A DNA stretch of 32,000 bases from Alkanindiges illinoisensis DSM 15370 (GTDB taxonomy: Bacteria; Pseudomonadota; Gammaproteobacteria; Pseudomonadales; Moraxellaceae). Within the stretch, counting starts at the first letter, position 1, and every line of letters starts with the position of its first letter. Made by a program: the position numbers and the translations under genes. The notes below the pieces were generated by a model. That model saw only the letters and a list, made by a program, of their open reading frames with translations, did not search any database and was not told the DNA's origin. Below, piece by piece: positions 23,268 through 32,000 of the stretch. Location of the stretch: assembly GCF_000619845.1 (NCBI RefSeq), contig NZ_JHUX01000003.1, positions 240,001 through 272,000 on the forward strand, given 5' to 3'.

Positions 23268-23654
23268 ATGATCAATATGAAAGCGCAGCGTGGTGCCTCT
23301 TACTGGGGCATTATGATAGGAATAATGCTGGGAGTAATAGTAATCAAGGCAGCACTGATTACCTGGCCGGCGTACTGGGACAACCGTCTGATTAATGCCT
23401 CAATTGAAGAAAAGTTAAGAAGTTCAACCAGCAGTGATCCGGCCAAGTTTGTACAGGATCTAGAACAGCAATTTAGCCTGAATAATTTACGTGATGTCCA
23501 AGCCAAAGACATTATGAAAGTCAGCAACAGCGGTGGTGAACTGGTGGTACAACTGGATTATGAAGTCCGCAAAAATTTTATGGGCAATGTTGATTTGGTC
23601 ATGTCATTTGAAAAGCAGTTTGACCAGCGTGCCATTAAGGCAGGTGCCAAATAG
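23268..23654 (+). CDS. DUF4845-like small membrane-anchored protein
   Basis: A single N-terminal transmembrane helix (YWGIMIGIMLGVIVIKAALITW). It occupies the conserved lepB-rnc intergenic slot occupied by DUF4845 proteins in other gammaproteobacteria (from memory of Pseudomonas synteny). Confidence 0.6.
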   Translation: MINMKAQRGASYWGIMIGIMLGVIVIKAALITWPAYWDNRLINASIEEKLRSSTSSDPAKFVQDLEQQFSLNNLRDVQAKDIMKVSNSGGELVVQLDYEVRKNFMGNVDLVMSFEKQFDQRAIKAGAK

Positions 23655-23702
23655 CAGCATGATCGTAACAGGTAAAAATGAATAGGCAGGTGAAACATCA
23701 AT

Positions 23703-24386
23703 TTGGTTAATCAACAGCGCTTACTGAGCCGACTGGGCTATCAGTTTAATGATCAGGGTTTGTTCAGACAGGCGCTCACGCATCGTTCAGTCAGCCAGCG
23801 TCACAATTATGAGCGTCTGGAATTTCTCGGTGATGCGCTGCTGGGCGTGATTATTGCGCAATACTTGTATCACCGTTTTCCTGAGGAACAGGAAGGGCGA
23901 TTAACCCGTATGCGTGCTACACTGGTCCGTCAGGAGTCACTGGCCTGTATTGCCCGTGATCTCAAACTGGGTGAATCACTGATTTTAAGCACGGGTGAGA
24001 TGAAAAGCGGTGGACACCATCGTGAGTCCATTCTGGCCGATACAGTGGAAGCCCTGATTGGTGCCATTTTTCTGGACTGTAGTGATCTGGAACAAATCCG
24101 GCCGCTGGTGCTTAAGTGGTATGAACCTTATCTGGCTGACCTGATGCCAACCGATGCACTGAAAGATCCCAAAACCCGCTTGCAGGAATATTTACAGGGG
24201 CGGCACCTGCCATTGCCGGAATACAAACTGGTTGAGGTGCGTGGTGAAGCGCCCAACCAGCATTTTACCATTCACTGTCAAGTGACCAATGTTCCTGTTG
24301 CCGTAGGTGAAGGAGCAAGCCGTCGTAATGCTGAGCAAACTGCTGCCAGTGTCATTTTAAAGCAATTGGAGCAGGCATCATCATGA
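23703..24386 (+). CDS. rnc: Ribonuclease III
   Basis: RNase III signature [12 protein letters not shown], plus the [14 protein letters not shown] motif and a C-terminal dsRBD. A TTG start is inferred (AGGTGA 9 nt upstream) and is uncertain by a few codons. Confidence 0.95.
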   Translation: MVNQQRLLSRLGYQFNDQGLFRQALTHRSVSQRHNYERLEFLGDALLGVIIAQYLYHRFPEEQEGRLTRMRATLVRQESLACIARDLKLGESLILSTGEMKSGGHHRESILADTVEALIGAIFLDCSDLEQIRPLVLKWYEPYLADLMPTDALKDPKTRLQEYLQGRHLPLPEYKLVEVRGEAPNQHFTIHCQVTNVPVAVGEGASRRNAEQTAASVILKQLEQASS

Positions 24387-25486
24387 CCACGCAACCCAAC
24401 AATATTCATTCAAATTCTGAAATGCAAAATCCTGAAAAGGATGATTCTCAGGCTAACGCGATAACGACAAGTGACAGCAGCAATAGTGACAATGCAGACC
24501 ATGCTAGTCCGCAGGATGTCATTGGTCAGTTCTTTAAAGATAGCCCTGCCGAGATTCCGGCAGACTTCCGTTGTGGCTTTGTGGCAATTGTTGGCCGTCC
24601 TAATGTGGGCAAATCGACATTGATGAACCACCTGATTGGCCAGAAGCTCTCGATCACGTCGCGCAAGCCACAAACCACCCGTCATAAAATTGTGGGTATT
24701 GATACCCGCGATAACGTACAGGCTGTCTATGTTGATACACCGGGCATGCATAAAAAAGAAGTGCGCGCCATCAACAAAATGATGAACCGTGCGGCTTCAT
24801 CTGCCTTGCGTGATGTGAATCTGGTGCTGTTCGTGGTGGATAGCATGAAATGGGTGCCAGATGATGAGTTGGTGCTGGAAAAGCTCAAGAATGCTGATAT
24901 GCCAGTTATTATGGTGATCAATAAGGTAGATACCATTGAAGAAAAACGCACCTTGCTACCGTTAATAGAGCAGCATGGCAAACGAATGAAGTTTAGCGAT
25001 ATTGTGCCAGTTTCTGCCTTGCGCGGTGCCAATCTTGAGCATTTGCATGAGGTGATTGCCAAATATCTGCCTTTTGCACCACCGATGTATGCTATTGACC
25101 AGTTAACGGATCGTTCAGAGCGCTTTTTGGCCAGTGAAATTGTGCGTGAAAAAATCATGCGTCAACTGGGTGAAGAGTTGCCTTATGATCTGGCGGTGCA
25201 AATTGAATCCTTTAAGGAAGAACCCGCCACGATTAATGAAAAAACTGGCAAACCCAAGCCAGCCTGTTTATATATTGATGCCACAATATTGGTGGAACGT
25301 CAGGGCCAGAAACTGATTGTGATTGGTGACAAAGGCCGCAAGCTTAAACAAATTGGTATGGAAGCCCGTATCGACATGGAAAAAATGTTTGAGCAAAAAG
25401 TCATGCTCACCTTATGGGTGAAGGTCAAAGGTGGCTGGTCGGATGATGAGCGTGCATTAAAAAGCTTGGGCTATAGTGATATCTGA
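24383..25486 (+). CDS. era: GTPase Era (with ~55-aa low-complexity N-terminal extension)
   Basis: ATGA overlap with rnc. Motifs are [27 protein letters not shown] and NKVD, plus a C-terminal KH domain. Confidence 0.95.
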   Translation: MTTQPNNIHSNSEMQNPEKDDSQANAITTSDSSNSDNADHASPQDVIGQFFKDSPAEIPADFRCGFVAIVGRPNVGKSTLMNHLIGQKLSITSRKPQTTRHKIVGIDTRDNVQAVYVDTPGMHKKEVRAINKMMNRAASSALRDVNLVLFVVDSMKWVPDDELVLEKLKNADMPVIMVINKVDTIEEKRTLLPLIEQHGKRMKFSDIVPVSALRGANLEHLHEVIAKYLPFAPPMYAIDQLTDRSERFLASEIVREKIMRQLGEELPYDLAVQIESFKEEPATINEKTGKPKPACLYIDATILVERQGQKLIVIGDKGRKLKQIGMEARIDMEKMFEQKVMLTLWVKVKGGWSDDERALKSLGYSDI

Positions 25487-25546
25487 GCGGATTAATGCAC
25501 AAGGGTTACCAGTAGCTTAGTCAGATTTAGTAGGCGGGATGTGATA

Positions 25547-25729
25547 ATGAAGTTGATAAATGTATTGACCCTATTAACGCTGGCGCTTGGCCTGCAAGCC
25601 TGCCTGGGTACCAAGGTGGTCACCGTACCAGTAAAAGTGGCGTATGGCACCACCAAGGCCGTGGTTAAGGGCACTGGTGCCGTGGTTGGTGCTGCCATTC
25701 CTGATGATGACGATGAGCAGAAAGAATAA
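25547..25729 (+). CDS. Small lipoprotein, unknown function
   Basis: Lipobox LGLQAC after a hydrophobic N-terminus (MKLINVLTLLTLALGLQAC). It has an acidic tail DDDDEQKE. ATG 25547 is preferred over GTG 25541 on SD spacing. Confidence 0.55.
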   Translation: MKLINVLTLLTLALGLQACLGTKVVTVPVKVAYGTTKAVVKGTGAVVGAAIPDDDDEQKE

Positions 25730-25786
25730 GGGCTAGCATGCTGGGCAAGCCAGTGACAAAAATAAAAAGCACTATCATGCGGTTTT

Positions 25787-26533
25787 GTGCTGCAATGCTC
25801 AGGTGTTTATAGTTATGGAATTATAAAAGTGCGCCAGCAGCTCTTGCATGGGTTTATGCTTCACCAGCGTGCTTATCGTGAAAACAGTAAACTGGTTCAT
25901 TTTTTTTCGCTGGAATTTGGCCGAATTGATGGCGTGGTTCGTGGGGCGCAAGTTCCGCTGTACCAGCCTGTTCTGTTATATGCATCTGGTAAGTCTGCCT
26001 TAAAAAGCTTGAGTAAAATTGAATGGGTCGGTGCCCCTAAAAACTTGCAGGGTTCAGCCCTGTTTGCCGGTTTCTATGCCAACGAATTGCTGGTTAGGCT
26101 AGCACCACTGGAAGAAGCCTTGCCCAACGCTTTTGGCGCCTATAGTCAGTTACTGGATGAACTGCAAAACTTGCCTATACCGGATGACGGCAATCTGGCG
26201 CTAATGACCGCATTACGGCGATTTGAGTCGGTACTGCTGGCTGAGCTGGGCTATGCAATTAACTTCGCACAGGATTTTTTAGGCATTGCCATTCAGCCGC
26301 AACAACTATATCGCTTTACGCCGAATGAAGGCTTTAGTCCCAACAATTCAGGTGAATTGGGTGAATACATACTGGCCATGGCTGATCCGGAATTTGCATT
26401 TACCCAGAAAGTATTGCCTGCTGAAGTGATTGCCATGTTAAGCCGGGTTTATCGCAAGGCATTGGCCGTATTATTGAACGATAAGCCTCTAAAAAGCAGG
26501 GAACTGTGGATTGCACAGCAGTCGGGCACTTAA
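25787..26533 (+). CDS. recO: DNA repair protein RecO
   Basis: era-recO-pdxJ synteny and the N-terminal RecO-like LHGFMLHQRAYRENS motif. The true start is probably GTG 25829 (or ATG 25856) rather than 25787. Confidence 0.8.
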   Translation: MLQCSGVYSYGIIKVRQQLLHGFMLHQRAYRENSKLVHFFSLEFGRIDGVVRGAQVPLYQPVLLYASGKSALKSLSKIEWVGAPKNLQGSALFAGFYANELLVRLAPLEEALPNAFGAYSQLLDELQNLPIPDDGNLALMTALRRFESVLLAELGYAINFAQDFLGIAIQPQQLYRFTPNEGFSPNNSGELGEYILAMADPEFAFTQKVLPAEVIAMLSRVYRKALAVLLNDKPLKSRELWIAQQSGT

Positions 26534-26623
26534 ATAGCAGCAGTAAAATCAGCTGAAATCCTGTTTATATCTGAAAGTTTTTAGTGCTAAAACTCATATT
26601 TCTTAATAAAGGTGGCAAAGCCA

Positions 26624-27346
26624 ATGAGCATTTTACTGGGTGTTAATATTGATCATGTCGCCACGTTGAGAAAGGCGCGGGGAACCATTTATCCTGATCC
26701 GGTCAAAGCAGCCTTGCTGTGTGAGGAAGCCGGTGCCGATGGAATTACCCTGCATTTGCGCGAAGACCGCCGTCATATTCAGGATAATGATGTAGTTCGG
26801 ATGCGTCCATTGCTTAAAACCCGCATGAATCTGGAAATTGCCGTGACTGATTTTATGCTGGATTTTGCCTGTCAGATCCGGCCACAGCATGTGTGTCTGG
26901 TACCTGAAAAGCGTGAAGAACTGACTACCGAAGGTGGACTTGATGTCGCCGGGCAAATCCAGAAAATCAAGGCAGCAACCCGTAAACTCACGCAGGCAGG
27001 TTGTGAGGTTTCATTGTTTATTGACCCGGAACCTCGACAAATTGATGCGGCAATTGAGTGCGGTGCGCCCACCATTGAACTGCATACCGGGGCTTATGCC
27101 GAAGCGGCGGGCACTGAGCTGGCATATGAGCTACAGCGCATTACCGATGCAGTAAACTATGCGGCCTCGCGCTTGATTGTAAATGCCGGGCATGGCCTGA
27201 ATTTGCACAATGTAGCAGCCATTGCGCGCCTGCCGCATATTCATGAGTTAAACATCGGTCATGCCATTATTGCGGACAGTGTTTTTGTGGGCTTGCGTCA
27301 GGCAGTGCAGGATATGAAACAGGCCATTGCACAGGCCACGCAGTAG
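26624..27346 (+). CDS. pdxJ: Pyridoxine 5'-phosphate synthase
   Basis: [20 protein letters not shown] and HLREDRRHI motifs. ATG 26624 (AAGGTGG SD upstream) is preferred over the ORF-track GTG 26612. Confidence 0.95.
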   Translation: MSILLGVNIDHVATLRKARGTIYPDPVKAALLCEEAGADGITLHLREDRRHIQDNDVVRMRPLLKTRMNLEIAVTDFMLDFACQIRPQHVCLVPEKREELTTEGGLDVAGQIQKIKAATRKLTQAGCEVSLFIDPEPRQIDAAIECGAPTIELHTGAYAEAAGTELAYELQRITDAVNYAASRLIVNAGHGLNLHNVAAIARLPHIHELNIGHAIIADSVFVGLRQAVQDMKQAIAQATQ

Positions 27347-27370
27347 GCGATTTCTTATTCATTTTTTGCA

Positions 27371-28009
27371 GTGTTAATGTGTTTCCTTATGAGTTCTACT
27401 GACGTCTTATTACAACCTGTTCAGGCTTTTTTAGGCTGTGCGACACCGGAAAGCTGGCTGCAAGAAGCCTGCCTGCCTGCCAATATTCCGCTAATTATTC
27501 AGGATCATGCCAATTGTGAAAAAAAGGCGGCCAGCACGGCCATTAACCTCATGTTTCGCTATGGTTTTTATACGGACCTGCAGGTGAAGCTATCGCAACT
27601 GGTACGTGAGGAAATGCTGCATTACGAGCAGGTGCTCGACATCATGCAAAAACGCGGGCAGGCGTGGCAGGCCATTCCGGCAGGACGTTATGCGGGTGGT
27701 TTGCGCAAGGAAATTAAAACCTATGAACCACAGGCGCTGGTTGATGTGCTCATTGTGGGGGCATTTGTGGAAGCACGTTCCTGTGAACGTTTTGCTGCAC
27801 TAGCATCCTATGTGGATGATGAACTGGCAAGATTTTATAAATATTTGCTGAAGTCTGAATCACGCCACTTTGAGGATTATCTGAATCTGGCACAATCCAT
27901 CAGCAAGGAAGATATCACCGCTCGGGTAGAAACCTTTCGTCAGCTTGAAGCCGAGCTGATTAGCACATCGGATACCGAGCTACGTTTTCATAGCGGTATC
28001 CCAGCCTGA
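27371..28009 (+). CDS. miaE: tRNA-(ms2io6A)-hydroxylase MiaE (non-heme di-iron)
   Basis: DHANCEKKAASTAINLMFRY plus the EExH-type motifs (VREEMLHYEQV, ESRHFEDY) are characteristic of MiaE. The start is uncertain (GTG 27371 or ATG 27389). Confidence 0.8.
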   Translation: MLMCFLMSSTDVLLQPVQAFLGCATPESWLQEACLPANIPLIIQDHANCEKKAASTAINLMFRYGFYTDLQVKLSQLVREEMLHYEQVLDIMQKRGQAWQAIPAGRYAGGLRKEIKTYEPQALVDVLIVGAFVEARSCERFAALASYVDDELARFYKYLLKSESRHFEDYLNLAQSISKEDITARVETFRQLEAELISTSDTELRFHSGIPA

Positions 28010-28023
28010 TATAAATAGACCGC

Positions 28024-29403
28024 ATGAAGAACAAACAGGAAAAGCCGATGGTCAGAAGCAGGACAACGTCCATAACGGTGTTGCCAAATGCCAGTGCGGT
28101 CAACCTGATTTTTTATGGCACACCGGGTACCGGTAAAACCTGGCAGTTGCAGCAATTGCAGCAGCAATACACCGAGCAGCTGGCACAACAGAATCATGAC
28201 ACCTTTCTCACTGAGAAAATACGTGAGTTAAGCTGGCGCGAAGTGATTTGTCTGGTGTTTCTGGAAGAAAAGCGCCTGCTGCGTGTGCCGGAAATTTTGA
28301 ATCATCCTTTAATGCGCTGTAAAGTGCAGCTCACCAATCGCAAGGAAAACATCAGCCAGACCATCTGGGGCACACTGATGCGGCACAGTGCGCTGGATTC
28401 CAGTACTGTTAAATATAATCCTGATAAACGCTCAAGCCTGGCATTGTTCGATAAGGACGAAGCAGGCTTGTGGTTTTTGTTGCCCAGTGCCAGTGATGAT
28501 ATTGCCCATCTGGCAAAACTGCTAAAAATTATTGAACATGGCGCGCAAGCTGCTGAGGTCATTCAGCGCTATAGTTTTGTCACCTTTCATCAATCCTATA
28601 GCTATGAGGATTTTGTAGAGGGTTTGCGTCCGGTACTGGATGACGATGAAAACGGCCAGATTCGTTATGAAATCCGGCGTGGCATTTTTGTAGAACTGTG
28701 CGAACGCGCCCGGCTTGATCCAGCGCATCCGTATGCCTTGTTTATTGATGAAATCAACCGGGGCAATGTATCCAAAATTTTTGGCGAGCTGATTAGCCTG
28801 ATTGAACTGGACAAGCGACAGGGCAGGACAAATAGCCTGGAAGTGGTTTTACCCTATTCGCACAGTAAATTTAGTGTGCCTCCCAATGTCAGTATCTATG
28901 CTAGCATGAATACGGCTGACCGTTCCTTAAGCCCTATAGATATTGCCCTGCGTCGGCGTTTCCAGTTTGTGGAAATGCAGCCAAATTATGAACTATTAGA
29001 GCAAGCAGTGCAGGGTAAGCCGGTAAACAGTGATCTTGCAGGGCTGGATTTAAGTCAGTTGCTGCAAAGTATTAATGCACGGATTGAGTTGCTTATAGGG
29101 CGGGATTATCTACTGGGGCATGCATTTTTTTGTGCAGTAGAAGGTTTTGCTGACTTACAGGCAGTTATGCAACACAAAATTATTCCGCTATTGCAGGAGT
29201 ATTTCTTTGATGACTGGCAAAAAATCCGGTTAGTGCTGAACGATCATCGTAAGCCTGTCGACTTGCAGTTTATTCAACTGGGCAATAGCGAACAGCAGGC
29301 CATAGCACTATTTGGAGAGATGCCGGATGTGCCTTTGCAAACTAGTTATACCATCAATAAAGCGGCCTTTACACAAATTCAGGCCTATCAACTCATATGC
29401 TAA
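28024..29403 (+). CDS. mcrB: McrB-like AAA+ GTPase subunit of a type IV (modification-dependent) restriction system; atypical architecture
   Basis: Motifs present: Walker A GTPGTGKT (aa 32-39), FHQSYSYEDFVEGLRP (aa 188-203), Walker B LFIDEINRGNVSKIFGELISLIE, SMNTADRS and ALRRRF. It is followed by, and overlaps, an McrC gene. Confidence 0.85.
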   Translation: MKNKQEKPMVRSRTTSITVLPNASAVNLIFYGTPGTGKTWQLQQLQQQYTEQLAQQNHDTFLTEKIRELSWREVICLVFLEEKRLLRVPEILNHPLMRCKVQLTNRKENISQTIWGTLMRHSALDSSTVKYNPDKRSSLALFDKDEAGLWFLLPSASDDIAHLAKLLKIIEHGAQAAEVIQRYSFVTFHQSYSYEDFVEGLRPVLDDDENGQIRYEIRRGIFVELCERARLDPAHPYALFIDEINRGNVSKIFGELISLIELDKRQGRTNSLEVVLPYSHSKFSVPPNVSIYASMNTADRSLSPIDIALRRRFQFVEMQPNYELLEQAVQGKPVNSDLAGLDLSQLLQSINARIELLIGRDYLLGHAFFCAVEGFADLQAVMQHKIIPLLQEYFFDDWQKIRLVLNDHRKPVDLQFIQLGNSEQQAIALFGEMPDVPLQTSYTINKAAFTQIQAYQLIC

Positions 29404-30698
29404 ACCAGCATATCGTATGCTTTGAGCATGAACAGTTATATCCAGCCGATAGTCCTGTAAAACCAGCATCTGGTTTACGGGAAATTCCGCAAGCGCTGTT
29501 TGATGAACTGTTTAACCATACATTAGCGCAGCCGCAAGTTTGGCTGGTACGTGACTGGCATGGCAAGCAAGCCGTTTTAAAAACCCGGCAATACGTTGGT
29601 GTGATACAGGGCAATTGTGGGCATGTGCTGGAAATTTTGCCCAAGACCGGTAAGGCTGGGCATGCACCAGATGAGATGCGCCTGATGTTGCTACACATGC
29701 TGCAAGCCTTGCCAGACATGCCATTTAAGGTTTTACCCCGACAGGCGCTGGTGCAACTGGCCAAAATGCCCTTACTGGAACTATTCATTCAGCAGGCGTT
29801 GACTGGCATTCTGAGTGTATTGCAGCATGGTTTAAAACAGCATTATCGAATTCAGCAGGATAATCTGGCGGTACTGCGTGGACGCTTACTGGTACAGCAG
29901 CAAGTCCGGCATAACCATAGTGATCAGGCGCGTTTTTTTAGTGAGCATGAGGAATATCAGGCCAATTGTGCAGAAAACCGGATTTTACGGCTGGCATTAA
30001 ATATTATTTTGCGCATTAGCCATACCGCCAATCATCAGCATTTGGCACAAGCCTGTATACAGCGCATGGCACATATTCCAGCATCTGGCCAGCCGGAGCA
30101 GGACTTCAAGGCAGTGCGGCTGGATCGAAATACCCAGTATTATAGCAGTGCGCTGCAATGGGCAAGGCTGATCATTAGCGGATTTAGTCCCACGATTGCA
30201 CAGGGTCCGCAGCCAGCGTTTAGCTTGTTGTTTGACATGAACAAGCTGTTTGAAAACATGGTGGCCTGTCAGCTTAAAAAGCAGTTACCCCTAGGTTGGC
30301 AGCTTAAAAAACAGCAAAAGACCGCGGCCTTGTTGCAGGTTAATAACCAGCCTCAGCAAAAACTGCAACCCGACCTGTTGGTGCTGGATGAGCAGCAGCC
30401 AATTGCCGTGCTGGACAGTAAATGGAAAAACAAAAACGGAACCACCTTTAGCCAGCTTAAGCCGGATGAGCATGAGCTGTACCAGATGTTTGCCTACGCG
30501 GCCGCCTATTTACCAAAGGGTGGCAGCGTTTGTCTGGTTTATCCTAAAACTGCACAATTTAGCCGGTCAGTCGAGCAAGCCATGTTTCAGCACATTCGCG
30601 ATGCCGAGGTGCACTTGTGGCTGCTGCCATTTTGCCTGCAACGGTTTGAACTGGTTGATGCGCCTTTCTTATTGTCAGCAACAACGAATCAACATTAA
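29397..30698 (+). CDS. mcrC: McrC-like endonuclease subunit (PD-(D/E)xK)
   Basis: 7-nt overlap with mcrB. LFDMNKLFENMV is an McrC-type motif. The PD-(D/E)xK core is QPDLLVL...AVLDSKWK, followed by LYQMFAYA. Confidence 0.8.
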   Translation: MLNQHIVCFEHEQLYPADSPVKPASGLREIPQALFDELFNHTLAQPQVWLVRDWHGKQAVLKTRQYVGVIQGNCGHVLEILPKTGKAGHAPDEMRLMLLHMLQALPDMPFKVLPRQALVQLAKMPLLELFIQQALTGILSVLQHGLKQHYRIQQDNLAVLRGRLLVQQQVRHNHSDQARFFSEHEEYQANCAENRILRLALNIILRISHTANHQHLAQACIQRMAHIPASGQPEQDFKAVRLDRNTQYYSSALQWARLIISGFSPTIAQGPQPAFSLLFDMNKLFENMVACQLKKQLPLGWQLKKQQKTAALLQVNNQPQQKLQPDLLVLDEQQPIAVLDSKWKNKNGTTFSQLKPDEHELYQMFAYAAAYLPKGGSVCLVYPKTAQFSRSVEQAMFQHIRDAEVHLWLLPFCLQRFELVDAPFLLSATTNQH

Positions 30699-30720
30699 AA
30701 CTAAACCATTCGGCCTGTAA

Positions 30721-30753
30721 AAAGTCCCCCATACTGGAGGACATTTATTTTTA
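30721..30753. terminator. Possible bidirectional terminator between convergent mcrC and the L,D-transpeptidase gene
   Basis: A4-GTCCCC-catact-GG(A)GGAC, a 6-bp stem with one bulge, followed by ATTTATTTTT. Confidence 0.4.
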
Positions 30754-30776
30754 CTAAAACTCAATCAAAGCACGGG

Positions 30777-32000
30777 TTATTCCAGAAAACGAACGGTAAC
30801 ACCCGGTTTAACCCGTTTGGACAATGCATTGGCATCCCAGTTAGTCAGGCGGATACAACCGTGAGAAGCGGTCTTGGAAATTAGTGACGGCTCAGGTGTG
30901 CCATGAATACCAAAGGATGGCTTGGACAAGGCAATCCACATATTACCCACTGGATTGTTTGGACCCGGTGGCAGGGACAGCGGTTTCATGTTTTTGCCCT
31001 GTATAAAGTTTTTTGGGTTATAGCCATACCACGGATTTGGTGCAACGGCTTTCACCTGATAAGTGCCTTTTGGCGAAGGTGTATCAGTACTGCCAATCGT
31101 GGCTGGATAAGTTGCTACCATTTTATTATTGCTGTCAAAGGCATAGACCTGTTTTGCGCCTTTATGGGCAATGATTAGCGATACCGGATCACTTAAATCT
31201 TCACGGGTATTGGTAACAATGATGGTTTCACCGGCTTTGGCAAAAGTTGCTTCCGGATTTAGTTTCTTCAGGAAGTTTTCATCCATGTGAAAACGCTCGC
31301 CCAGCATTTCAGTCACGCGCGTGTAGTAAAGCCCTTTCATTTTGGCCTGTTCAGCATAATCATGTGGAATAGATGTCGCATAAGGGCCATCTATATCCTG
31401 CTGGGTGAGAGTGTAGCTTTGGAAAACGTCATTGGTTTGGCCAGCACTCAGCAAATCCCAGGTCTGGGTATCCAGCAGGCCAGTGGCGGTCAGGCCATTC
31501 ATGACCTGAAATGCAGAAATGGCCTTGAGCATGTTTTTGCCGGAAATCCCATCAATGACACCGGGTGAGGCATGATGACGGTTTAGCAAAACCTGTGCCT
31601 TGGCATATTCAACAAACTGCCCTTTACCCAGATCACTGACCCAATTGGCGTTGTTTAGGCCATCCAGTGTCCAGTTCTGTGCTGATTTTTCCTGCGTGGA
31701 CGTTTTACTGCTGTCATCAGAAGCAGCCGGATTCTCAGGCAGGGTTTCTACTACCGCCTGAGCCTTTTCCAGAGCGCGCTCGGTTTGGGGCGTAACAGGC
31801 TTGCTGGTATCAGGCTCATTGTCTGATTGCGTGTTAATGTCAGACATCTGATTAACAATGGTTGGCTTCAGGCTTTGTTCGTCTGCCTGATTTGCTTCGG
31901 ATGTGTTCTGAGCAGTGGTCTTGTTAGAAGCAGCAGTTACAGATTTATCGGTGTTATCTTCTGCTGAAAATGCGGGTTGAGTTAAACATAATGCAAGCGC
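30777..32000 (-). CDS. L,D-transpeptidase (YkuD domain) with PG_binding_1 domain; 5' partial (runs off the right edge)
   Basis: The catalytic motif is IHGTPEPSLISKTASHGCIRLTNWD. The PGB-like segment is GVIDGISGKNMLKAISAFQVMNGLTATGLLD. The minus-strand frame stays open from 31847 to base 32000 (…ALALCLTQPAFSAEDNTDKS…), which looks like the end of a signal peptide, so the real start is beyond the window and not the ATG at 31847. Confidence 0.85.
   Translation of the reverse strand, partial: ALALCLTQPAFSAEDNTDKSVTAASNKTTAQNTSEANQADEQSLKPTIVNQMSDINTQSDNEPDTSKPVTPQTERALEKAQAVVETLPENPAASDDSSKTSTQEKSAQNWTLDGLNNANWVSDLGKGQFVEYAKAQVLLNRHHASPGVIDGISGKNMLKAISAFQVMNGLTATGLLDTQTWDLLSAGQTNDVFQSYTLTQQDIDGPYATSIPHDYAEQAKMKGLYYTRVTEMLGERFHMDENFLKKLNPEATFAKAGETIIVTNTREDLSDPVSLIIAHKGAKQVYAFDSNNKMVATYPATIGSTDTPSPKGTYQVKAVAPNPWYGYNPKNFIQGKNMKPLSLPPGPNNPVGNMWIALSKPSFGIHGTPEPSLISKTASHGCIRLTNWDANALSKRVKPGVTVRFLE

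Noticed and set aside
24410-25158. Two minus-strand ORFs (113 and 143 aa) inside era
   Set aside because: They are antisense to a highly conserved GTPase gene and have no independent signals.
29393-29788. 131-aa minus-strand ORF at the mcrB/mcrC junction
   Set aside because: It is antisense to mcrC. Its Cys/Ser-rich composition is typical of shadow frames, and it has no SD.
1-32000. Search for CRISPR arrays, tRNA/rRNA genes, IS elements, integrase/recombinase, reverse transcriptase/retron or toxin-antitoxin pairs
   Set aside because: No spaced direct repeats, no cloverleaf-capable segments, no terminal inverted repeats with a transposase ORF and no RT/integrase motifs were seen in any listed ORF.

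Overview
The window spans the junction between a prophage and a conserved chromosomal block. All family calls are from motif recognition by eye; no searches were run.

Bases 1 to about 20300 are the right (late) arm of a lambda/HK97-style siphovirus prophage. Gene order is scaffold (5' partial), major capsid, neck proteins, tail tube, G/T-like chaperones, a 1252-aa tape measure, a gpM/gpL/gpK/gpJ-like tip complex (also the RcGTA g12-g15 arrangement), holin and endolysin. Three foreign-looking insertions interrupt this arm.

From 20492 onward is a housekeeping block: lepA-lepB-DUF4845-rnc-era-small lipoprotein-recO-pdxJ-miaE. The proteins look Moraxellaceae/Acinetobacter-like from memory. A McrBC-type type IV restriction pair follows directly after miaE. 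A convergent L,D-transpeptidase gene runs off the right edge.

No CRISPR array, tRNA, rRNA, integrase, transposase or reverse transcriptase was recognised.

Best candidates for novelty:
1. An orphan, apparently catalytically intact HslV/proteasome-beta-like Thr-protease ORF with an unplaceable C-terminal extension. It sits alone on the opposite strand in AT-rich DNA at the prophage/lepA junction (19300-20073).
2. An AT-rich moron encoding a secreted protein, wedged between the tail chaperones and the tape measure (5748-6527).
3. A hairpin-bracketed 1043-aa fibre/spike cassette inserted between the gpL-like and gpK-like genes.
4. A McrB homologue with no N-terminal DNA-binding domain but a ~120-aa insertion inside the AAA+ core.
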